From: Euryarchaeota archaeon UBA88
GTDB taxonomy: Archaea; Thermoplasmatota; Poseidoniia; Poseidoniales; Poseidoniaceae
DNA: 64,000 nt
Direction: 5' to 3'
Assembly (NCBI GenBank): GCA_002499545.1
Contig: DAME01000025.1
Location: forward strand, 6,911 to 70,910
The position numbers and the translations under genes were made by a program. The notes under the pieces were generated by a model. That model did not search any database and had not been told where the DNA came from. It saw only the letters and a list, made by a program, of their open reading frames with translations. Positions 57,046 to 64,000 of the stretch are shown in pieces (the stretch's first letter is position 1; every line of letters begins with the position of its first letter).

Positions 57046-57054
57046 GGACTCGTT

Positions 57055-57696
57055 GTGTCAATTCGACTCGCACCGTTTGCTGTAGTAGTAATGCTCCTCG
57101 TAACAGGATGTGTCACGCCATCAGACCCTGACCTCTACCACGGTGTGGATATATTTCCTGCCAAAAAAACACTTCAATTCAACCTCATCGATGATACGAA
57201 TTCGGAGTTTAATTCCTCATCAATCGAAGGGAGTGTTTGGGTTGTAGGATTCGTATTCACCAATTGTCCCGACTTTTGTTCTACGGTGACAACGGAGATG
57301 AAGGAAATCCAGGATTCGCTCACTGATTGGGAACGCAGAAACACCAGTTTCATCTCTATCACGGTTGACCCTTGGCGGGACGGTCCAATGCTGCTCACGC
57401 AGTACAAAGAAATCATGAACGTGACGTGGCCACACTTAACCACCAATATCGATTCAGAGAACAACCTTTCACGAATCGAAGATGTTTGGACGAATTTTGA
57501 AATTGGCTTGGTTCTTACTGAATCACAAAACAGTACGAGCACATCCGGACGTGGGCATACAGTATACTACAGCATTGAACATACCAATGGTGTCGTACTG
57601 GTTGACGCAAATGGTTTCCAGCAGGTTCAGTGGACTGAAGATAACTGGAACACAACGCTCATTGTTGAAGACGTTCGGATGTTACTGAACGATTGA
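57055..57696 (+). CDS. SCO1/SenC-family copper chaperone (thioredoxin fold), lipoprotein-like
   Basis: FTNCPDFC (CxxxC copper-binding motif) and the conserved His region GHTVYY. N-terminal signal with lipobox-like LLVTGC. 213 aa. Confidence 0.75.
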   Translation: MSIRLAPFAVVVMLLVTGCVTPSDPDLYHGVDIFPAKKTLQFNLIDDTNSEFNSSSIEGSVWVVGFVFTNCPDFCSTVTTEMKEIQDSLTDWERRNTSFISITVDPWRDGPMLLTQYKEIMNVTWPHLTTNIDSENNLSRIEDVWTNFEIGLVLTESQNSTSTSGRGHTVYYSIEHTNGVVLVDANGFQQVQWTEDNWNTTLIVEDVRMLLND

Positions 57697-57697
57697 A

Positions 57698-57874
57698 TCA
57701 TTCGATAGGAATTGTGTAGCCACAGCGACCACATGACTTGCGATCTGAGTGCATAGCAAGGAATACGCCTGGCCCACACGTTGGACAGAATTCGGCCTTT
57801 CGAACGAGTTTACCATCTTCATCAATGGAGTACTTCGACCACTTTGCACTAGCTTTAGGACCGTCGGACATCAT
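57698..57874 (-). CDS. rps27ae: Ribosomal protein S27ae (zinc-ribbon)
   Basis: Not in the ORF track (58 aa). Hand translation gives [58 protein letters not shown], with C-x2-C...C-x2-C and the GVFMA-H-DR motif of S27ae. Its ATG overlaps the rps24e stop (ATGA). Confidence 0.8.
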   Translation of the reverse strand: MMSDGPKASAKWSKYSIDEDGKLVRKAEFCPTCGPGVFLAMHSDRKSCGRCGYTIPIE

Positions 57875-58215
57875 TCGTCACCTCCATCGGTTGATTTTTC
57901 TCCGGCATCGGCAGGTTTCGCAGATGCTGAACGGAATGACTCGTGTCGCTTGTGAATGTATTCGGGCTCAACACGCATTGATTCTGCGTCACCATAGATC
58001 AGTGCCATACCGGTGGTCAATGGTTGACCGAATCGAGTGTTGCACTCTTTAACGACGATGAAATCCGGATTCGAACCAGGTTCCAAGGTTCGGACCAAGT
58101 CCATTACAGCCTTGCGAGAAGGTGTTGCTTGTCCCGAGTGCTGCCAACTGAAGTTAATTTCTACACGGTTGAGTAATTTGTTTTCTTTTCGTGATACGAT
58201 ATCCATACTGTTCAT
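57871..58215 (-). CDS. rps24e: Ribosomal protein S24e
   Basis: [31 protein letters not shown]...[28 protein letters not shown] matches the S24e family. 114 aa with an acidic C-terminus. Confidence 0.85.
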   Translation of the reverse strand: MNSMDIVSRKENKLLNRVEINFSWQHSGQATPSRKAVMDLVRTLEPGSNPDFIVVKECNTRFGQPLTTGMALIYGDAESMRVEPEYIHKRHESFRSASAKPADAGEKSTDGGDE

Positions 58216-58219
58216 CTCC

Positions 58220-58423
58220 TTATCGGTTACTGACTTTGAGGGCGTACTTGCCCGGTCGATCTATTTTCAATCGCTTTGCTATTTCAGAGCGATTTGGACT
58301 CATAATGATGACGTATCCTTGATGGTCGGTGGATACGTGAGCTGTTGGGCAACGGGAACACATGTCTACGCCGTCTTCGAGGACGAGGTGACAGTCGGAG
58401 CATGCAAAAGGAATCTTTACCAT
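58220..58423 (-). CDS. spt4: Transcription elongation factor Spt4 (RNA polymerase subunit E'')
   Basis: 67 aa with a Cys4 zinc ribbon (ACSDCHLV...CSRCP) and W/G..IIM.P..S.IAK.L.I...G.YALKV characteristic of archaeal Spt4. Confidence 0.8.
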   Translation of the reverse strand: MVKIPFACSDCHLVLEDGVDMCSRCPTAHVSTDHQGYVIIMSPNRSEIAKRLKIDRPGKYALKVSNR

Positions 58424-58433
58424 TCATACCACC

Positions 58434-58985
58434 TCACTCGTTGTCTTCTCCAAGCCAGTCATGGCAACCGAGACCCGGCTGCTTGCTGGTCAAACCAATT
58501 TTTGAGCGTCGGGGGTCTGAAGTATCAGGTGAAAGTGAAACAATTCGTGCACGCACTGAGTCTCCAACTCCTATGGAACGATTTGATTGTCGGCCTTGAA
58601 TAACTCCAGCACCGACATTTGCTTCAACCTGGTCTTCCATAATTTGAGACTTGTGAAGCAGGGCTTCCATTGGCCCGATTCGGACGAATGCTCCGAATTC
58701 ATTGACTTCGGAAACCGCACCTTCAACGACTTCGTAATCATCCATGCAGAATAAAACAGCGTCGAATCTGACACGCTGATAGATAGCACCATCACCGTGA
58801 ATAATTCGGCCTCGGCCAAGAGGTTCGTGGTTTGTCGTTACGAGAATGAAGCGATTATCATCGTCAAATCGGCCCTCAAAGGCAGTCATCGAGAGACGGT
58901 CGATGTGGTCGTTCAGCGATGCGCCTTTGCGCATGTACTCTGCTGGAATGCGAATCGTGTCTTCTTTTGTGACAATTTTGTACAT
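58434..58985 (-). CDS. rpo7: DNA-directed RNA polymerase subunit E' (Rpo7, Rpb7 homologue) with S1 domain
   Basis: MYKIVTKEDTIRIPAEY... matches the archaeal RpoE' N-terminus; a C-terminal S1-like OB region follows. The track ORF has a 24-codon upstream extension; start set at M25 (58985). Confidence 0.85.
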   Translation of the reverse strand: MYKIVTKEDTIRIPAEYMRKGASLNDHIDRLSMTAFEGRFDDDNRFILVTTNHEPLGRGRIIHGDGAIYQRVRFDAVLFCMDDYEVVEGAVSEVNEFGAFVRIGPMEALLHKSQIMEDQVEANVGAGVIQGRQSNRSIGVGDSVRARIVSLSPDTSDPRRSKIGLTSKQPGLGCHDWLGEDNE

Positions 58986-59258
58986 TGTGTTCACCTCATG
59001 ACGTCTCAGAGGTGCAAAGAAGGGGAGTGGGAAACCCATTCCGTCCTTCACCGGCATGCGCCTCGGGAGAGAAGTCGACCGTAGTCATTCTCGCCACCGA
59101 TGACCCCTATTTAATCCACTCGCATGAAAAAAGAGAACTGCGAAGACAAAATGATGGTGAATATCTTCGTTCGTAGTCCTACTTAGCGTGCATGAATCAT
59201 ACTTTTTTGAGCCATTACGCCATAAGCCATAACAACCCCCCGAGTACCCTTTACTGCA

Positions 59259-62200
59259 ATGACAGCGCAAGCGTTGCACAGAAGGGGAAAATTTGTTCCC
59301 GCAATGGTGCCTCTGCTGCTGCTCATTTTGACCTCGATATCACCAGCTGTTTTATTCGAAATCAACGAACCAACACTGCTGTCTGAAAACCAACAGATTT
59401 CGAATGTAGATGGTGACTCTGTTTGGGACCCACTCACGCAGCCTTGGGGCCAATATGGACGCACACCTACGCGAAATGGAACAATGCCAATGCATGGGGC
59501 TGACGGTGGTCCCGGCATCGGATCGGTTGAAGATGTAACGGTGTACGGGACCATAGACCACCCAGTCGTGAATTGGGTAGGACTCGATGATAGCGATGGT
59601 TCTGACGCTTACGGCTCAATCATCGGGGACTTCAGCAACAGCATTTCACGGCCTGATGCCGCTATCGAACGATGTGGAAAAGGACAATTATTCCCCGTGA
59701 CTGTCCACAATGACGGGGTCGAAAGTTACCTCAGTATTTTGACCGGTGACGATGCAAAAGTGGCATGGCAAGTGAATCTCGGTCAATCCAATGAAATTCG
59801 CTCAACCCCAATACTTCACGACATCGATGGAGACGAAAAGCCAGAAATTCTTGTTGTCTACGACACTGCAAGTTCGCTACAAGTGGATGCATGGTCTCCA
59901 GAATTAACTTGCACTGAATCAGGATGGCAAAAAAACGGCCACAGCAATGAACGACTGTGGAGTTACAGTGATACAAACTATCGAATTGGAATCACCAGTC
60001 CTCACGCACCCACTAGCCAAAGCAATCATGATTCAATCACGCAGCCACTGTTGGCAGACCTACAGTTAGATGGTTCGCCTGAATTGGTGTTGGCAGTGGT
60101 CGATGAAAATTCCAACGACCCGACCGTCATCTCATTCACACTTACCACAAGCGTGCCCAGTGAACCTGACTGGCAAATCTCGTTGGATAGGGGCACGCAC
60201 CCTTCTGACCCATCGTGGGCGGCCTTGGACTCTTCGACAACGGCCGTTGTTTTGACGACCATTGATTCGAATTCTGGAAACATGTGGATTTGGAGGATAG
60301 ACGGTGCATCGGGCTCGCTTGATTGGGAGCGTGTGGCCGTCCAGGGTACAGACTCAGATTCCGACTCTCCCAGATTGCGCCTACCCGGACCCGTTATTGT
60401 TCAACTCGACCAGGACGATGCACCGGAAATGATCATCACCGTACCCACCGACTCCAATGGACGTACGAGCGGCAACGGTGCACGGTTCATTGGAATGGAA
60501 CTAACCTCGACTACTGAAGTATTCAATTTCCGAGCTCCGAATGGATATTCCGACACCCAGCCCTTACCGATTGATACCACCGGTGATGGTGAGCATGACC
60601 GGTTGTGTTGGGCGACATGGTATTCAGAGTCAACCCTCACTTTCAATCGGAAAGGAATGGTAGGGTGCCACGATATCAGCCTTGAGACCCCGCTGAAAGA
60701 TTGGTCTCGAGATCTTCAACGCGGCAACGGTAATGACAACGATGAAATCGCAGTTTCATCACCGTTCTGGATGGATATTGACGGCAACGATGAGCCCGAG
60801 GTACTGATTGCATTCGGACAGCGATTGTGGGCATTCGATGGAGAAACTGGGGCATCAGCAGATATCAACAATGCGTGGTCATCCCCACTCTCGATGCCTC
60901 ATCGAGTTTGGGCAAGTGCTGCTGTAGCAGACGTCGATGGAGACGGTACGCTTGACATTCTCATCGGAGATACGCTGGTATCACAACAGGTAGCGGATAT
61001 GGCCCCCTTAGCTGACCAGCGCGGAATTAGTTTCAATCCGACCGAACCAGACCCAGGGCAACAAGTTACGATTACTGGGCAGTTTTCCAACATTGGTACA
61101 ATGGACAACGATGAAAATGTTGACGCTGTACTACTGCTCAACGGTAACGAAATTGCACGTGAGCGTTTTGCGGATGTGGAACCTATTGCTCCATCGGGAG
61201 AAGGCGGACCTCTCACGTTTAGTACAGTCATCACTGCGGAACTTGGGATCCATAACATCACCATGATTCTAGATGTCAATTCGAACCTCACTGAAGCACG
61301 AGAAGACAACAACATCGCTTCAACAGAATTGGTCGTTGTGGAACCGTTCGTGGCACAGGTCGAACTACCAGTTGAGACGCCAAGAATTTCGCCAGGAACG
61401 AGTCAACAAATCTCAATCCAACTCCTTTCAACCGGGTCTCGGACCGCAGATTGGACACTCACTTGGGACGACTCTGCTATGCCCGATGATTGGAGTTTTT
61501 CTGCCCCACAGGGTACTGACCTCAATCCAACTCTATCACCAAATGCCCCTGTGACCATTGTCTTTGATGCATCAGTACCCGGCGATGCGCTGGGTGATGA
61601 AAACACCTATGTTGACCTCATACTAACCCTGGACCAAGATACGTCTGTTAATTCAACGGTTCGAATGCCGCTAGAAGTTCTTCGTACCCGTGGACTGTCG
61701 GTGACTGGCCCAAGTGGTCTAATGGTGAGCGATGGATTTGGCAGAGTTGGTCACACAGCATCAGCCTGGATGGTGATAGAGAACCTTGGCAATGCTCAAG
61801 AAACTACCACCTCGATTGAATGGACTGCTCCTGCCTGGGGTGGAACACCGTCACTGCACCGGGATGACGGTTCAGAAGTGTTCTCACTCACCCTGAGCCC
61901 AAATGAGAACGTAGAATTGTTCGCTCACCTCACCGTACCTCTTTCAACCAGCATAGGCTCCTCAACATCGACGATTCTCACCATGTGTATTGGCAGTGGA
62001 GAATCAACGCTGTGTGAGGAATTAGAAATCTCGTTCACTGCCGTATCAGTTACCGTATCGCCAATTCACACCCGAAGCTTGCCGAACGCATCGCTTACAT
62101 GGACGGTTGAGGCTGACTTACCTACAAGTGGTGAATTGAAATGGAACATGGCAGCGGCAAACATGATTCACAACGGTTGGTCTTGGACCACTGCAGGTTC

Positions 62201-64000
62201 ACTTTCACTCAACGGAACCGGCATTGAACTAACTGGAGACGGAGATTCGTTTGCAACGGGAAGTATCACACTTGCTCTCCCAGTCGATGCCGTGCCTCAC
62301 CGTCACGTGTTTTCATCCAACGACGACATTGTTTCCAACGCAGATCTGAATTTTTCGTTGCAAGTTCTGCAAATTTATCGTGCCAAGGCAACACTGCTTG
62401 AGCCATTACCCCCCGCCAACGATCAAGCTTTTTCTATGAACGTTTCAGAAACCGAATCTGTGCTCCTTCGGTTGGAGAATCCTGGCAACGGACAAGACGA
62501 CTTCCTGCTCACCACTGATGTGAAGGAAGTGAGCCAGGGAATCCCTGCACCAAATGTAACGTTTGAAATCCTTTACAGCGACCAACGCAGCCTCGGGCCG
62601 TTAGCCTCAACAATCGCAACGGTCGAAGTGACGCTTGCTGAAGACGTGCCCGCTCAAGAACCGTTTATTCTCTCTTTCATATGGACCTCGCTGGGCGATG
62701 CATCCGTCTTCGATGTCGTGGATGTGTTGGTTGAAGCAGAGCCCGACCACCGTTGGGGTCTCAACATCAGTTCCGAACTCGATACGCTCGTGGTACCGGA
62801 TGAAAGGGTAACCATCAATATGACAGCAACCAACATTGGCAATGCCGATGACACGCTCACGATTGTCCCCGTTTTTACTGTCGAACACTACGGTGACGAT
62901 TCGTCGGAGTGGACTGCGGCATCACTCAGCAGCGAGCAAGAACTGAATGTCAACCAGAGTGAATCACTGTCATTGAATTTCACAGTCCCCCGCCTAGCTT
63001 GGCATCAATCAAGTGCTGAGTTGGAACTTCGAATGTATTCTGAAGAAATTTATGTCAGCAGTACGAACATTACATTCACCGTAGACCACGTTTCTGGGTG
63101 GAGATTCAATTTGGCCAATACATCCCTCACCATCGACCCAAGCGGTCAAAATCTAACCCTCACAGTGCAGCAACTCGGTAACGCACCCTCTGCTCCGTAC
63201 TACGCTAAAGCAGGTGCAGGGTGGAACCTTACACTCTCGGATGGAGGAGAAACAGTACAGCCCCAGCAAACCACGACGATGAATGTCTTTGTCATGCCGC
63301 CAGAAGATGCAATCGCTGGAGAAATAGGGCTGCTTCAACTCCGTATCAGCGACACAGACGGGGCTGGTTCTGTGGTTCAACAAATACCCGTGCGAATTGG
63401 AGAAGCACCCAACATTAGCATCGCACACAAAGGTGTGTGGAAAATCAATTCTGCGGGAGGGTTACCCACAGCATGGATTGAAAACAACGGAAACGATGTC
63501 GCTGTTCTCGAACTGGAACTCACCGGTCTACCGGAAGGCTGGACCGTTGAAGGACATGACCAACTGGTGATCGCTCCGAATCAAATCAAAGGCATTCCAC
63601 TCAATCCTGTGCCGACCAGCGAATGGTCCGGTCAACGGTTCCTGGCCACACTCGAAGTCGTTCACCCAACTCTTGGAATGATGAGTTATGACATTGAAAT
63701 CGAACGAGGCATCTATGCTTTCCTGACCACACCGGTTCACCAAGCCACAGTTGGGAGTGAGGTTATCACGATTATGAATTCTGAAGTAAATGATGGTGAC
63801 TTGACGAGTTCTGAAACGATAACGATGAGCGATAACATGCTGACACTCCAGGTTAGCAATGGAGCGAATGAAGTTATCCTCACATCGTCTGAAGAACCTC
63901 AAGACTCACTTTCAATCTACGTGTACGGGTACGAATTACCTGAGGTTTCAGTTAACTGTGATCTGCAAACATCGAGTTTCAGCGACCTAGGGCGAATCAA
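59259..64000 (+). CDS. Giant cell-surface glycoprotein (5' partial, at least 1580 aa inside the window) with FG-GAP-like repeats and CARDB/Ig-like domains; candidate S-layer protein or adhesin
   Basis: Hand translation of frame 0 from the ATG at 59259 (MTAQALHRRGKFVPAMVPLLLLILTSISPAVLF, a signal peptide) shows no stop codon through 63998. The ORF track omits it because it has no stop in the window. It has FG-GAP-like D-x-D-G-D repeats (DIDGDEKPEILVV, DIDGNDEPEVLIA, DVDGDGTLDILIG) and a CARDB-like segment (QQVTITGQFSNIGTMDNDENVDAVLLLNGNE). There are tens of N-x-S/T sequons (NIT, NST, NLT, NAS, NGT, NVS). Confidence 0.8.
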   Translation, partial: MTAQALHRRGKFVPAMVPLLLLILTSISPAVLFEINEPTLLSENQQISNVDGDSVWDPLTQPWGQYGRTPTRNGTMPMHGADGGPGIGSVEDVTVYGTIDHPVVNWVGLDDSDGSDAYGSIIGDFSNSISRPDAAIERCGKGQLFPVTVHNDGVESYLSILTGDDAKVAWQVNLGQSNEIRSTPILHDIDGDEKPEILVVYDTASSLQVDAWSPELTCTESGWQKNGHSNERLWSYSDTNYRIGITSPHAPTSQSNHDSITQPLLADLQLDGSPELVLAVVDENSNDPTVISFTLTTSVPSEPDWQISLDRGTHPSDPSWAALDSSTTAVVLTTIDSNSGNMWIWRIDGASGSLDWERVAVQGTDSDSDSPRLRLPGPVIVQLDQDDAPEMIITVPTDSNGRTSGNGARFIGMELTSTTEVFNFRAPNGYSDTQPLPIDTTGDGEHDRLCWATWYSESTLTFNRKGMVGCHDISLETPLKDWSRDLQRGNGNDNDEIAVSSPFWMDIDGNDEPEVLIAFGQRLWAFDGETGASADINNAWSSPLSMPHRVWASAAVADVDGDGTLDILIGDTLVSQQVADMAPLADQRGISFNPTEPDPGQQVTITGQFSNIGTMDNDENVDAVLLLNGNEIARERFADVEPIAPSGEGGPLTFSTVITAELGIHNITMILDVNSNLTEAREDNNIASTELVVVEPFVAQVELPVETPRISPGTSQQISIQLLSTGSRTADWTLTWDDSAMPDDWSFSAPQGTDLNPTLSPNAPVTIVFDASVPGDALGDENTYVDLILTLDQDTSVNSTVRMPLEVLRTRGLSVTGPSGLMVSDGFGRVGHTASAWMVIENLGNAQETTTSIEWTAPAWGGTPSLHRDDGSEVFSLTLSPNENVELFAHLTVPLSTSIGSSTSTILTMCIGSGESTLCEELEISFTAVSVTVSPIHTRSLPNASLTWTVEADLPTSGELKWNMAAANMIHNGWSWTTAGSLSLNGTGIELTGDGDSFATGSITLALPVDAVPHRHVFSSNDDIVSNADLNFSLQVLQIYRAKATLLEPLPPANDQAFSMNVSETESVLLRLENPGNGQDDFLLTTDVKEVSQGIPAPNVTFEILYSDQRSLGPLASTIATVEVTLAEDVPAQEPFILSFIWTSLGDASVFDVVDVLVEAEPDHRWGLNISSELDTLVVPDERVTINMTATNIGNADDTLTIVPVFTVEHYGDDSSEWTAASLSSEQELNVNQSESLSLNFTVPRLAWHQSSAELELRMYSEEIYVSSTNITFTVDHVSGWRFNLANTSLTIDPSGQNLTLTVQQLGNAPSAPYYAKAGAGWNLTLSDGGETVQPQQTTTMNVFVMPPEDAIAGEIGLLQLRISDTDGAGSVVQQIPVRIGEAPNISIAHKGVWKINSAGGLPTAWIENNGNDVAVLELELTGLPEGWTVEGHDQLVIAPNQIKGIPLNPVPTSEWSGQRFLATLEVVHPTLGMMSYDIEIERGIYAFLTTPVHQATVGSEVITIMNSEVNDGDLTSSETITMSDNMLTLQVSNGANEVILTSSEEPQDSLSIYVYGYELPEVSVNCDLQTSSFSDLGRI

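Noticed and set aside
59192-59386. Track ORF 59192..59386 (64 aa) upstream of or overlapping the giant gene start
   Set aside because: It is in a different frame from the 4.7-kb open frame and lies within its promoter/5' region. No homology.
1-64000. Mobile elements, prophage, CRISPR-Cas or defence systems
   Set aside because: No integrase, transposase, terminal inverted repeats, cas genes or toxin-antitoxin-like pairs were recognised. The window appears to be core chromosome plus surface-protein genes.

Overview
Compact archaeal chromosomal segment, about 49% GC, with many convergent gene pairs whose stop codons abut. I read it as a marine euryarchaeote (Marine Group II / Poseidoniales-like), but that is inference from gene content, not a search.

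Housekeeping genes present are:
- tRNA-splicing endonuclease (EndA), archease and the RtcB RNA ligase;
- dihydroorotate dehydrogenase (PyrD), topoisomerase IA and geranylgeranyl reductase;
- serine hydroxymethyltransferase (GlyA), valyl-tRNA synthetase, DinB polymerase and alanyl-tRNA synthetase;
- D-aminoacyl-tRNA deacylase (DtdA), a SufS-like cysteine desulfurase and proline dehydrogenase;
- an rpoE'-spt4-rps24e-rps27ae operon, tRNA-Thr(GGU) and tRNA-Ser(GGA).

I also call a signal-recognition-particle (SRP, 7S) RNA that the ORF track cannot show, a 58-aa rps27ae below the track size cutoff, and a giant surface-protein ORF of more than 1580 aa that starts at 59259 and runs off the window end. 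The ORF track omits that last one because it has no stop codon in the window.

The most unusual content is a set of very large, acidic, secreted or surface proteins built on thrombospondin type-3 (TSP3) calcium-binding repeats. One carries a C-terminal PNGase F-like N-glycanase domain with its catalytic Asp/Glu/Arg residues conserved. Another fuses an FSH1-type serine hydrolase to a YHYH-like domain. A third is a 1043-aa TSP3 protein, and the partial giant ORF has FG-GAP/CARDB-like repeats with many N-glycosylation sequons. With the membrane-anchored subtilisin, the Xaa-Pro aminopeptidase and proline dehydrogenase, this suggests a surface-displayed toolkit for breaking down glycoproteins and proteins.

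I found no CRISPR array, transposase, integrase or recognisable defence island. All family assignments rest on motif recognition from memory, not on database searches.
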